Assembly: GCA_963779415.1 (NCBI GenBank) | Contig: CAVZYA010000001.1 | Coordinates: 960,001-1,024,000, forward strand | DNA length: 64,000 bases | Reading direction: 5' to 3' | DNA from: an uncultured Acidobacteriota bacterium | GTDB lineage: Bacteria; Acidobacteriota; Thermoanaerobaculia; UBA5066 | Shown: piece after piece, positions 31,020-40,903 of the stretch | How positions within the stretch are numbered: position 1 is the stretch's first letter | Layout: every line of letters starts with the position of its first letter | Notes under the pieces: model-generated | The model's input: only the letters and a program-made list of their open reading frames with translations | The model's database searches: none | What the model was told of the DNA's origin: nothing | Program-made: the position numbers and the translations under genes

Positions 31020-32243
31020 TCACCGCGGGAGCGCCGCCCTGGAAAGGGCGACCTTTCCGGCCACGACGAGCGCCTGCGTCAGGTCGGCGATCAGATCGCG
31101 CACGTCCTCGCAGCCGACGGCGATCCGGACGAGATCGTCCGTGATTCCGGCCGACTCGCGCTCCTCCCTCGACATGCCCCGGTGCGTCATCGAGGCCGGA
31201 TGCTCGATCAAGGTCTCGACTCCTCCGAGGCTCACGGCCAGGGTGGCGAGCGTCACGCTGTCGATCAGCGCCCGGCCCCCTTCGAGTCCCCCTTTCACGC
31301 CGAACGAGATGACGGCGCCGGGTCCGGCCATCTGCCGAAGGGCGAGGGCGTGCTGCGGGTGGCTCGGAAGGCCGGGGAAGCGGACCCAGGCCACGCCGGG
31401 GTGCCCCTCGAGAAATCGGGCGATCTCGAGCGCGTTGGCCTGGGCGCGCTCCATCCGGAGCCCGAGAGTCTTGATTCCCCGCAGGATGAGCCAGGCCTGG
31501 TGCGGGTCCATCGTTCCTCCGAAGAGTTGATGGACCTTCCGGAGACGCTCGAGATGCTCCGGCCGCTTCGCCACGACGGCGCCGCCGACGACGTCCGTGT
31601 GGCCGTTCATGTACTTCGTGAGGCTGTGCACGACGACGTCGGCGCCGAGAGCGAGCGGCTGCTGGAGAACCGGCGACGCGAACGTGTTGTCGACGACGAG
31701 AAGCGCCCCCCCGGAGTGCGCGATCTCCGCGCACTCCGCGAGATCGGTGAGCTTCATCGTCGGATTCGCCGGCGATTCGATGTAGACCATCCTCGTCCCG
31801 GGCCGCATCGCCGAAGCGACGTTCCCGGTGTTCGAGGAGTCGACCCAGGACGACACGACGCCGAACCGGCGGTACTCGTGCTCGAGGACGAGGCGCGACG
31901 GACCGTAGACCGAGTCCGTGCCGACGACGTGCGCTCCGGCCTCGAGGAAGGTGAGGTAGACCATGTTGATCGCGGCCATCCCGGTGGCGGCGCCGAGGGC
32001 TCCGCAGCCCCCTTCGAGCGTCGCCACGCAATCCTCGAGGGCCGCGACCGTGGGGTTTCCGAGGCGCGTGTACTTGTAGCCGGGATCCTCTCCGAGGAAC
32101 CGGGCCGCGCCTTCGTCGGCATTGCGGAACGCGAAGGTCGACGTCTGGTAGATCGGCGTCGAGACGGCTCCGGTGGCCGGGTCGCGGTGCTGTCCTGCGT
32201 GAATGAGCCGGGTAGCCATCTTCATCGGCCGGTCGTCCTTCAT
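31020..32243 (-). CDS. Cys/Met metabolism PLP enzyme (methionine gamma-lyase / cystathionine gamma-lyase family)
   Basis: PIYQTSTF, YTRLGNPT, DNTFASP, HSLTKYMNGHTD, AVSLGGVETL. ATGA overlap with the upstream gene. Confidence 0.88.
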   Translation of the reverse strand: MKDDRPMKMATRLIHAGQHRDPATGAVSTPIYQTSTFAFRNADEGAARFLGEDPGYKYTRLGNPTVAALEDCVATLEGGCGALGAATGMAAINMVYLTFLEAGAHVVGTDSVYGPSRLVLEHEYRRFGVVSSWVDSSNTGNVASAMRPGTRMVYIESPANPTMKLTDLAECAEIAHSGGALLVVDNTFASPVLQQPLALGADVVVHSLTKYMNGHTDVVGGAVVAKRPEHLERLRKVHQLFGGTMDPHQAWLILRGIKTLGLRMERAQANALEIARFLEGHPGVAWVRFPGLPSHPQHALALRQMAGPGAVISFGVKGGLEGGRALIDSVTLATLAVSLGGVETLIEHPASMTHRGMSREERESAGITDDLVRIAVGCEDVRDLIADLTQALVVAGKVALSRAALPR

Positions 32244-33775
32244 GTCGCTTCTTTCCCGACGCCCGGGACGGAGGTCCGCCTCGCCCACTCGCCCGTCGCG
32301 TCGTTCAACTCGTATTCGTCCGCGTGCTCATGGCCGCGCCGGGCCACGTAGTCGACCGCCTCGAGAAGCGCCTGGAACTCCTCCTCGCTGACGGTGGGGG
32401 CGAGGCTGATCCGGACCCAGCCCGGCTTCTCGCCGATGTGCCCCTCGTCCAGACGGTGACGAATGGCCTTCGACCGCTCTTCGTCTATGTGAAGGAGAAG
32501 GTGTCCGTAGGGTCCCGCGCACATGCAGCCCGCGCGGACCTGAACGCCGAAGAGATCGTTCAGGAGCCGGGCGGCGAGATTGTGATGGAGATCGCGGAAG
32601 ATCACCGAGAGCACCCCGAGCCGGTGCGTCGTGAGGTTCCCGAGGATGACGAGATCGTGGCGCTCGCGCCACTCCCGGAGCGCCCGCCCGAGGTAGTCCT
32701 GCTCGATCCGCCCGATCCGGTCGGCGCCCATCGCCGCTTTCAGGTCGAAGGCGAGGCCGGCCTGGATCGACTGGACGATCGGCGGCGTCCCTCCCGTCTC
32801 CCGGAGCGCGATGGACGAGAGATATCGGTGGTCCCACGGCGACGTGTAGAGAACGGTCCCGCCCCCCGGCTCCGCCGGAACGCGGTTCGTGAAGAGGCGC
32901 CGGTTCGCGACAAGGAGTCCCGGCGTCCGTGGCCCTCCAAGGAACTTGTGGACGGAAAAGAAGACGGCGTCGAGGCCGCCGTCGGGGTCCGCCGCGGGGT
33001 GCATGTCGACGTCGACGTAGGGACCCGCGGCCGCGAAGTCGAAGAACGCCCACGCGCCGTGACGGTGAAGAACGCGGGCGAGGAGGTGAACGTCGTTCAG
33101 GATGCCGGTGACGTTCGAGGCCGCGCTGAAAGTCCCGATCTTCCAGGGTCGGGCGACGAATGCGGAGAGCTTCCGGTCCAGATCCTCGGCGCTGATCCGC
33201 CCGTCCGCGTCGAAATCGACGTAGACCGACTCTCCGATCGTCTCCCTCCAGGCGATGTCGTTCGAGTGGTGCTCCATCAGCGACCGGAAGACGACCGGGC
33301 GGTCCGCTTCGGGAATCTGCCGGAGGAGGTGATGCCTCTCCTCGAGCTGGTCCGGAATCCGGAGGCCGAGGACGAGGATCAGCCGGTTGATGGCTCCCGT
33401 GGAACCGGAGCCGACGGGGATCAGAACGTCCTCGCCCGACGCCTCGACATAGGCGCCGATCCTGGAGAACGCCTTCTCGTAGCACTCCGTCATGTAACGG
33501 CCGCAGGTGCTGCTTTCGGTGTGTGTGTTGGCCATGAACGGGAGAACCCGCTCGGCCAGCTCCTCCTCGACGTCGCGGTGAAATCGTCCGGAGGCGATGT
33601 AGTCGAAATAGCGGAGCTTCTTCGGACCGAAGGGCCCGGGGATCGACGTGTCGGCGCCGAGGACGCGGCTTCGAAGGCGCCCGAGAAAGGCGGCTTCTTC
33701 CGCCGGCGACGCGGTCGCGAACGGCTCCCGGGGCGTTGAGGAGGTCACGTCGACGAGTCGGTGGAAATCGATCAT
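32240..33775 (-). CDS. Class V PLP aminotransferase / cysteine-desulfurase-like protein
   Basis: YFDYIASG, EHHSN, SNVTG, DFAAAGPY, SVHKFLGGP, RAGCMCAGPY. Confidence 0.82.
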   Translation of the reverse strand: MIDFHRLVDVTSSTPREPFATASPAEEAAFLGRLRSRVLGADTSIPGPFGPKKLRYFDYIASGRFHRDVEEELAERVLPFMANTHTESSTCGRYMTECYEKAFSRIGAYVEASGEDVLIPVGSGSTGAINRLILVLGLRIPDQLEERHHLLRQIPEADRPVVFRSLMEHHSNDIAWRETIGESVYVDFDADGRISAEDLDRKLSAFVARPWKIGTFSAASNVTGILNDVHLLARVLHRHGAWAFFDFAAAGPYVDVDMHPAADPDGGLDAVFFSVHKFLGGPRTPGLLVANRRLFTNRVPAEPGGGTVLYTSPWDHRYLSSIALRETGGTPPIVQSIQAGLAFDLKAAMGADRIGRIEQDYLGRALREWRERHDLVILGNLTTHRLGVLSVIFRDLHHNLAARLLNDLFGVQVRAGCMCAGPYGHLLLHIDEERSKAIRHRLDEGHIGEKPGWVRISLAPTVSEEEFQALLEAVDYVARRGHEHADEYELNDATGEWARRTSVPGVGKEAT

Positions 33776-33832
33776 CGGAACAGTTCGCCACGAAGGACGC
33801 CGGGAAGGCGTGTCCTCAAGCGGCCGCGAGTC

Positions 33833-34321
33833 TCATCTCCCCGAGGCGTTCCCGTTTCCGGGGGCGCGCTTGATCATGTGGATCTCGGTCCCGCCCTTCT
33901 CGAAACGGACTTCGTCCATGAGCTGGTTGATCAGGAAGATCCCCCGTCCATGGGTCGAGAAGAGGTTCGTTCCCTGGACAGGGCTCGGAAGCTCCTTCGG
34001 GTCGAATCCCCGGCCCGGGTCGCGGACGACGATCAGCATCCCCCGCTCCCGGTCGCAGGCCACGCAGCATTCGATCTGCTTCGAAGGGTCGCTCCCGCCC
34101 CCGTGCTTGATGGCGTTTGCCAGCGCCTCCCGGAGGGCCAGCTCGATGTCGAACTCCTGCCCGGCCGCGCAGCCCAGATCCCGAGCGACCCTCATGACCT
34201 CTTCCACGACGGGCGAGATGAGGTTGACGTCGGCCGGGAGCCGGTGGAGAACCCGGACGACCAGCTGGTCGCTGTCGAATTCCTGGGTCGGCGGTGGATT
34301 GCAGGACACGGGCGGGCGCAT
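33833..34321 (-). CDS. RsbW-like anti-sigma factor / HATPase Ser kinase (in frame with deoB in this sequence)
   Basis: ELALREALANAIKHG, VRDPGRGFD, GRGIFLINQLMDEV. Confidence 0.82.
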   Translation of the reverse strand: MRPPVSCNPPPTQEFDSDQLVVRVLHRLPADVNLISPVVEEVMRVARDLGCAAGQEFDIELALREALANAIKHGGGSDPSKQIECCVACDRERGMLIVVRDPGRGFDPKELPSPVQGTNLFSTHGRGIFLINQLMDEVRFEKGGTEIHMIKRAPGNGNASGR

Positions 34322-35527
34322 TGTAGTGGAGGACCCGGCATCACGACAGAGGCTCCAGCGCGCACCGGCCAGCTCGCGGAGAAAGCTGGATCCGCCGGGC
34401 GAGGGGACGCCGAGGTGCTCGGCCACCGTGGCCCCGACGTCCGCGAAGCTCGAACGCGTCCCGACGTCGGATCCGGCCGCGACGTCCCGGCCGGCCGCCA
34501 CGACGGGGACGTATTCGCGGGTGTGGTCCGTCGAGATGTCGGACGGGTCTCCTCCGTGGTCGGCCGTGATGAGGAGAAGATCCCTCTCGCGCATCGTTCC
34601 GAGGAGCGCCGGGACGAAGGAGTCGAATTCCTCGAGGGCGCGGGCGTAGCCATGCGGGTCGTTCCGGTGGCCGTACTTCGTGTCGAAGTCGACGAGATTC
34701 GTGAAGACGAAGTCGTCGCCGCCGTCGCGGAGGGAGGCGACGGTCTTCTCGAGCCCGTCCCGGTTCGACTCCGTGTGGACGGCGCTCGAGAGCCCCCGTC
34801 CGACGAAGAGGTCCTCGATCTTCCCGATGCCGTGGACCGCGAGGCCTCGCCCGCGACAGGAGTCGAGGACCGTGGGGCCGGTCGGCGGAACGGAATAGTC
34901 GCGTCGGCGGTGCGTCCGCGTGAAGCTCCCCGGCGCGCCGACGAACGGCCGCGCGATGACGCGCCCGACGCGGTGAGGCGGGACGAGGAGCTCCCGGGCG
35001 ATCTCGCACCAGCGGTAAAGCGTCGCGACCGGAATGATCTCCTCGTGCGCGGCGATCTGGAAGACCGAGTCCCCCGAGGTGTAGACGATGGGCCGGCCGG
35101 AGCGGAGGTGCTCCTCTCCGTACTCCCGGATCACCTCCGTGCCGGAGGCGGGCCGGTTGTGGAGGACCTTCTTCCCGACCGCCTTCTCGAACGGCTCGAT
35201 GACCTCGGGCGGAAAGCCGTCGGGATAGAGCGGAAATGCCGTGTCGAGAGTCAGCCCCATCAGCTCCCAGTGACCCGTCGTCGAGTCCTTCCCCGGCGAG
35301 GCCTCGGCGCAGCGTCCGAAGGCCCCCGTCGGAGCCGGAAGGCCGGCGGGAGCGTCGGCATAGAGCGTGTGCAGGAGGCCGAGGCGCGAAAGGTGCGGCA
35401 GCGAAGGCCGCCCGTCGCGCAGGACGTGCTGGAGGGTACGCGTCCCTTCGTCCCCGTAAGGGCCGGCGTCGGGCGTGGCGCCCACGCCCAGCCCGTCACA
35501 GACGATCACGACGGCCCGAGGCTTCAT
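34322..35527 (-). CDS. deoB: Phosphopentomutase; no stop before the RsbW-like domain, so the 3' boundary is approximate
   Basis: DGLGVGATPDA, GKDSTTGHWE, YTSGDSVFQIAAHE, NLVDFDTKYGHRND, TADHG.DP, TDHTREYVP. Confidence 0.92.
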
Positions 35528-35535
35528 CCGCCGGT

Positions 35536-36246
35536 CTAGAGGCCTTGTGAGCGCTGCTGTGCTTCGGCGCGCATCGGAGAGTCGGGATAGTCCGACAGGA
35601 CGCGCTGGTAGTAGCTCTTCGCCTCGGAGGGCTTCCCGTTCTTCTCGGAGAGTCGGCCGAGCTCCACGAGGAGAACGTCCTTCGGCACCGGGGCATCGCC
35701 GGAGTCGAGTGCCTTCTTCGCCACCTCCAGCGCGTCGCTGGCGCGCCCGGTCGCGGCCTCGGCGTCGAGCATCGAGACGAAAGCGACGCCGGCGGAGAGG
35801 CCCCCCGATTCACCCTTCGCGAGACCTTTCGCCGCGTCGAGAGCGCCGCCGGTGACCCCTTTCGGCCCGTCGAGCCCCATGACCAGGAGCGCCGCGGCCC
35901 TTCCGGCGAGAGACGTCGGTGCGTCTGCCGCGAGCTTCTTGAGCTCGTCCTTCGCGGCCGCGTTCCTCTCGGCCGCGTCCTTGAAGACGCGCTGGCCGGC
36001 CGGGGCCGTCCCTTCCGAGGCGAGCGGGGCGTCGAGGAGGGCGATGGCCGCGGAGAGGCGGGTCCCGCGCCGGCTCTGCCGCCAGGCGATCCCGCCCCAG
36101 AACGCGCCGGCCACGACGAGCACCGCGACGACGAGGGCCGTCGTACGGACGCTCTGACTCTGGTGCGAGGTCAGGTAGTCGCGGGCGGAGAGGAGCACCT
36201 CGCGGAGGTCGTTCTTCTGCAGATCGTGTCGATGTTTCTTGTCCAT
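35536..36246 (-). CDS. Membrane-anchored TPR protein (YfgM-like)
   Basis: N-terminal RHDLQKN, single TM, C-terminal TPR (EAKSYYQRVLSDYPDS). Confidence 0.7.
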   Translation of the reverse strand: MDKKHRHDLQKNDLREVLLSARDYLTSHQSQSVRTTALVVAVLVVAGAFWGGIAWRQSRRGTRLSAAIALLDAPLASEGTAPAGQRVFKDAAERNAAAKDELKKLAADAPTSLAGRAAALLVMGLDGPKGVTGGALDAAKGLAKGESGGLSAGVAFVSMLDAEAATGRASDALEVAKKALDSGDAPVPKDVLLVELGRLSEKNGKPSEAKSYYQRVLSDYPDSPMRAEAQQRSQGL

Positions 36247-36270
36247 GAGTGGGTACCGGCGATCCCGCCC

Positions 36271-36430
36271 TCAGCAGAACACGGCGGACGCCGTGTCCGG
36301 GTCGTCGAGCAGGAAGCCTTCGGTCTCCTTTTCGGGGTCGTCGTCGATGGCCGCGCCCTCGAGGCGCGAGAAGGAGAGAACGTCCGGAAGGACGACGAGG
36401 CCGCCGCCCACCTCGCGGCTCTTCCTCGAA
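36271..36430 (-). pseudogene. Possible degenerate HesB/IscA C-terminal fragment
   Basis: Translation GLVVLPDVLSFSRLEGAAIDDDPEKETEGFLLDDPD resembles the IscA pattern VxVDxxSxxYLxGxxIDY...GFxxxNP. The CGC motif is missing. Confidence 0.35.
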
Positions 36431-36440
36431 CGTGCTCCGG

Positions 36441-37277
36441 TTACTTCCGCCGGGCGGCCTTCTTCTTCGGCGCCGCCTTCTTGGCGGCTTTCCTCGTCTT
36501 CTTCTTCGGCGCCGCCTTCTTCGCGACCTTCTTCGTCTTCTTCTTCGGCGCCGCTTTCTTCTTCTTCGGAGCGGCCTTCCAGGTCGCCTTCTTGACGGCC
36601 TTCTTCACGGCCTTCTTCGCCGTCTCCGCCTTCGCGGCGACGACCTTGGCGGCCTTCTCGACGGCCTTCCGGGCGTCCTTGGCGGCCTCGCTCATCGTGG
36701 CCTGCACGGCTTGAGCGGCCTTCTCGACGGCCTCCACGACGGGGGCGGTCGGGGCCGGCGCCGCAGGCTTCGGCTCGGGAGCGGGGGGCTGGGAGCCACC
36801 GGGCGGGTTGGAGCTTTGCATGGCTTTCAGAACCTCCTCTGCGTGGTGTTCGGTATCGACGTTGTGGAAGACGTGCAGGACGTGACCGTCCTTTCCGACG
36901 AGAAACGACATTCGAAGCGGCCCGACGCCCCACTTACTCTCGCCCCACGCGCCGTACGCCTCGTGGATCGCGTGATCCACGTCCGACAGGAGCTCGAATG
37001 GAAGGGCGAATTTCGCGGCGAACGCCTCGTGCGTCGCGACGGAGTCCCGAGAGATGCCGAGGACTTCCACGTCGAGCGAGGAGAGCGCCCTCCATCCGTC
37101 GCGCAGGCTGCAGGCCTCGCGCGTGCAGCCCGGCGTGTCGTCCTTCGGATAGAAGTAGACGAGGACGTTCTTGACGCCACGATAGCCGGCGAGCGAGACG
37201 ATCCGCCCCGATCGCCCGGCGAGCGCGAAATCCGGCGCGGCGCTGCCGACCGCCGGTGACGTCCTCTTTTCGACCAT
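36441..37277 (-). CDS. bcp: BCP/PrxQ peroxiredoxin with Lys/Ala-rich histone-H1-like C-terminal tail
   Basis: YFYPKDDTPGCTREAC, a Pro-rich linker, then repeated KKAAPKKK units. Confidence 0.88.
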   Translation of the reverse strand: MVEKRTSPAVGSAAPDFALAGRSGRIVSLAGYRGVKNVLVYFYPKDDTPGCTREACSLRDGWRALSSLDVEVLGISRDSVATHEAFAAKFALPFELLSDVDHAIHEAYGAWGESKWGVGPLRMSFLVGKDGHVLHVFHNVDTEHHAEEVLKAMQSSNPPGGSQPPAPEPKPAAPAPTAPVVEAVEKAAQAVQATMSEAAKDARKAVEKAAKVVAAKAETAKKAVKKAVKKATWKAAPKKKKAAPKKKTKKVAKKAAPKKKTRKAAKKAAPKKKAARRK

Positions 37278-37354
37278 CGTTCGGGATGCTCCCGGGCGCG
37301 AAGAATAGCAGCATTGCACGACGATGGGACGCGTGTGGAGATAATCTCGGGGGG

Positions 37355-38146
37355 ATGGGACGAGCCGCCGTTCTCGCCGCCGGCGCCCTCGAAACGGGGG
37401 GCGGAGGAGGTCTCGCAGCCGACCTCCTCACCCTCGATTCCCTGGGCCTCGCCGGCACCCCGGTCGTTACCGCCATCACCGTGCAGGAGGGGGCTTCCCT
37501 CTCGGTCGTCCACGACCTCCCTCTTGCGGCCGTCCGGGAGCAGCTCCGGGGAGCCCGCGAATCCTATCCACCCCGTGCGGTCAAGGTCGGCCTCCTCACG
37601 ACGGTTCCGGTCGTCCGGCTCCTCGCGGAAGAAATCTGGAGCCTCAGGGTGCCGGCGGTGGTCGATCCGGAGATGACGGATGGCGTGGCGCCCCGGCTTC
37701 TCCGCCGCACCACTCTCGAAGCCCTCGTCCGCGAACTCCTTCCGGTCACGACCCTCGTTACGCCGAACCTTGCGGAAGCGGTCCTGATAGCCGGCTTCCC
37801 CATTCACGGGGAGTCCGATGCCAAGCGGGCCGCCCGGGCCATCCAGCAGCTCGGTCCGCAGGCGGTTCTGATCAAGGGAGGGGCGGCCGGGGGAGAGATC
37901 GTCGTGGACGGACTTCTCGACGGACGCACCTGGACGACATTCCGCCGTCCCCGGCTCGGGACGCGCCACCACCACGGCGTCGGTGCGACGCTCTCGTCGG
38001 CGCTTGCTGCCTATCTTGCTTTGGGAGAAACACTTCCGGATGCCGTAGGAAAGGCCCTCGACTACACCCACCGCGCTCTCGCCGCCGCTCCCGGCCTGGC
38101 CGCGGGCCGGGGACCGCTCGGACACCGGGAGGCGGCGCCTTCCTAA
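37355..38146 (+). CDS. thiD: Hydroxymethylpyrimidine/phosphomethylpyrimidine kinase family
   Basis: GGGGLAADL, TAITVQ, VKVG, VVDP, TPNLAEA, HGVGATLSSA. Confidence 0.75.
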   Translation: MGRAAVLAAGALETGGGGGLAADLLTLDSLGLAGTPVVTAITVQEGASLSVVHDLPLAAVREQLRGARESYPPRAVKVGLLTTVPVVRLLAEEIWSLRVPAVVDPEMTDGVAPRLLRRTTLEALVRELLPVTTLVTPNLAEAVLIAGFPIHGESDAKRAARAIQQLGPQAVLIKGGAAGGEIVVDGLLDGRTWTTFRRPRLGTRHHHGVGATLSSALAAYLALGETLPDAVGKALDYTHRALAAAPGLAAGRGPLGHREAAPS

Positions 38147-39110
38147 CGGGGGACGAGACGGTAACGGTCGCGGAGCCGTCCCGCGATCCGCTCCACCCGC
38201 CCTTTGTCCTCGAGGTACATCAGGAAGCCCAGGACCTCGGAGTAGGCGAGGAAGACGTTCACGGCGGTGACCTTCGGGAAGAGGGCCACGACCAGATCGC
38301 GCACCGTCTTCGGGCCCGGGGCGAGGAAGCGCTCGATATGGTGGATCCGGAGGGCGTACTTCCGCTTCATCCTCTCGTGGTGCTTCGGGTAGTCGGGGAT
38401 GGGGCGCCCGTGCCCGGTCAGGAGGCAGGAGCCCGCGCTCGAGGCCTCGATCGCGTCGAGCGTCTCGAAGTAACGGGAAACGCTCCGGAACGGGGCGCCC
38501 GGATGCTCCGGGTCCTCGTCGACGATGGCGTTCGGCGTGATGTCCCGAAGGACCGTGTCGCCGGTGAAGAGGATGCCGGCCTCGGGGACCTCGAAGGTGA
38601 GGCTTCCGGGCGTGTGTCCCGGGGTCGAGCGGACGACGACCGACCAGCCGTCGCCCAAAAGAGTCTCCCCCCGTCCAGCTCCTCCCACGCCGAGAGAGGC
38701 GAGGCGAAATGATCCACGTGGCTGACGGAGAGCATCATCGCGAAGCGGGGGAGGATGCCGAAATCGGCTCGCGCGAGGTTGTCGAGGAGAAGCTTCGAAT
38801 TCCGGCGCATCCGGAACTGCTGACGATCGAGCCTTCCGCCCCAGAGCGCCGCGCCCGAGCGATCGGCCACCCTCCGCGCGAGGCCGAAGTGATCCTGATG
38901 GCCGTGCGTCAGGAGGACGCGGCGGATCCCGGCGACCTTCGGTCCCGCGGCCGAGAGGCCGGCGGTGAGGACGTCCCAGGCGTCCTCCGTGAGGGGTCCC
39001 GTGTCGATCAGGGTGACGGGATCGCGGAGGACGAGATAGACGTTCACCGGCCCCACCGGAAAAGGGGTGGGGAGGGTGATCGTCCGGATGAAGTCAGGGC
39101 CTACGCCCAC
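38143..39110 (-). CDS. MBL-fold metallo-hydrolase, frameshift at a G run near 38670
   Basis: LTHGHQDHFG in ORF 38418..39110. TPGHTPG, FTGD and TGHG in ORF 38143..38688. One extra G in the run at 38667-38672 would join the frames. Confidence 0.82.
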
Positions 39111-40903
39111 AGATCGTAGGGATAGCCTCCCGCCTCGTAGACGCGCTCGCTGATGGAGGTCGTCAGGCGATCGCGATTCCGCTCGAGCGCCTTCAGGTTT
39201 CCGACCATCCGGTGGAGCGCCTCGTGGCAGAACCAGCGCGCGATCTCGACCTCCCCCGCCGCCTTTTCCTCCCCCTTCTTCGAGATCGAGGAGGTGACGC
39301 GCGAAAGGACCGCGATCTGCGCGAAGAGATCGATCACGACGTCGGCGAGCCGCTCGTGCTGGTACTCCCGGTCGACGACCTTCTTCCCGTGCCGGCGGAG
39401 GATGGTTTCGGCCGCGTTCGCGAAGACGCCCGCGTACTTCCCGACCTGGTCGCCCTCGGGAGCGAGGGACGGGTGGACCTTCGTCAGCTTGTCGCGGGTG
39501 ATGACCCCCTTCATCCTCTTCTTGCCGTACTCCGCCAGGATGCCGCGCTCCTTGAGCGGGCTCTTCAGGGCGTGCGCGACCTCCTTGAGGCTGTCCCCGA
39601 GCTCCTTGAACCCGGAAAGGGCGATCAGCATCCGGAGGATCTCGTTCGTCCCCTCGAAGATCATGTTGATCCGGCTGTCACGAAGGGCGCGCCCGTACGG
39701 ATACTCGTTCATGAAGCCGTTGCCGCCGGCGATCTGGAGCGCGTCGTTGATGTTCTGCCAGAGCACCTCGGTGCCGAAGACCTTGCAGCAGGCCCCCTCC
39801 AGCGAGTAGTCGATCCCCCCCCGGTCGATGAGCCCTGCCGTGAGGTAGCTCATCGCCTCGAGCGCGTAGGTCTTCGCCGTCATCCGGGCGATCTTGTGGC
39901 GGATCATCTCGAACTCGGCGATGGGGGTCTTGAACTGGCGGCGCTGCCTGGCGTGCTCGATCGCGAGATTGATCATCATCTTCGAGCCGCCGGCGGCGCC
40001 GGCGCCGAGCGACGTCCGCCCCGTGTTGAGCGTCTCGAGGGCGACCTTCAGGCCACGTCCCTTGCCGCCGATGATGTTGAAGGCGGGGACGCGGCAGTTC
40101 TCCAGGATGATCTGACAGGTCGAGGAGGCGCAGAGCCCCAGCTTCTTCTCCTCGGGGCCGCGCGAGAGGCCGGGCAGGGTGCCGTCGGGGTTCGTCACGA
40201 CGGCGAAGCAGACGATCTCCTTGTGCGGGTCCTTTCCTTCGGCGCTCCCCGGGATCCGGGCGAGGACGGTGAGGAAGCTCGCGAAGCCGCCGTTCGAGAT
40301 CCACTGCTTCGTCCCGTTCAGGACGTACTCGTCGGTCTTCTCGTCGTAAACGGCGGTCGTCTTGAGGGAGCCGGCGTCCGAGCCCGCCTCGGGCTCGGTG
40401 AGGCAGAAGGCGCCGATCAGCTTTCCCGTCGCGAGGTCCGGCAGCCATTTCTTCTTCTGCTCGTCCGTCCCGAACAGGAGGAGCGGCTTGATGCCGATCG
40501 ACTGGTGCGCGCCGACGACGATGGAGGCGGAAGCATCGAGGACGCCGATCACCTCCATCATCCGGCAGTAGGCGGCTGAGGAGAAGTCGCTTCCGCCGTA
40601 CTCCTCCGGGATCGTCATGCCGAGGACGCCCAGCTCTCCCATCGCCTTGACGGCCTCACGGGGGAAGAAGTGGTCCCGATCGATCTTGTCCGAGTCGATG
40701 TGCGCGGCGTCGAAGTCCTTGTAGGCCTCGCTGAAGGCCGCCACGGTCTCCTTGACGTCCGGAGGGATCTCGGGGAAGGGAAAGACCAATTCTTCCTGGA
40801 AATCGCCCTGGAAAAGCGACTTCAGGAACGAAGGGGCCTCGGTGGCGGCGGGCGCTTCGGCGACGGAGGGCTTGGCGCTGTCCATCTCATTCTCCTTCGG
40901 CAT
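39101..40903 (-). CDS. Acyl-CoA dehydrogenase (VLCAD-like)
   Basis: FCLTEPEAGSD, NGTKQWISNGG, RRQF, QIAGGNG, IFEGTNEILR. Confidence 0.92.
   Translation of the reverse strand: MPKENEMDSAKPSVAEAPAATEAPSFLKSLFQGDFQEELVFPFPEIPPDVKETVAAFSEAYKDFDAAHIDSDKIDRDHFFPREAVKAMGELGVLGMTIPEEYGGSDFSSAAYCRMMEVIGVLDASASIVVGAHQSIGIKPLLLFGTDEQKKKWLPDLATGKLIGAFCLTEPEAGSDAGSLKTTAVYDEKTDEYVLNGTKQWISNGGFASFLTVLARIPGSAEGKDPHKEIVCFAVVTNPDGTLPGLSRGPEEKKLGLCASSTCQIILENCRVPAFNIIGGKGRGLKVALETLNTGRTSLGAGAAGGSKMMINLAIEHARQRRQFKTPIAEFEMIRHKIARMTAKTYALEAMSYLTAGLIDRGGIDYSLEGACCKVFGTEVLWQNINDALQIAGGNGFMNEYPYGRALRDSRINMIFEGTNEILRMLIALSGFKELGDSLKEVAHALKSPLKERGILAEYGKKRMKGVITRDKLTKVHPSLAPEGDQVGKYAGVFANAAETILRRHGKKVVDREYQHERLADVVIDLFAQIAVLSRVTSSISKKGEEKAAGEVEIARWFCHEALHRMVGNLKALERNRDRLTTSISERVYEAGGYPYDLWA

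Noticed and set aside
29401-32031. 876-aa S10 peptidase with a long N-terminal extension
   Set aside because: The extension overlaps the gamma-lyase gene off-frame. A GTG start with AGGAGG and a signal peptide exists at 30972.
36441-36640. Short tandem repeats resembling a CRISPR or VNTR
   Set aside because: They are codon repeats encoding the KKAAPKKK tail, with no spacers and no cas genes.
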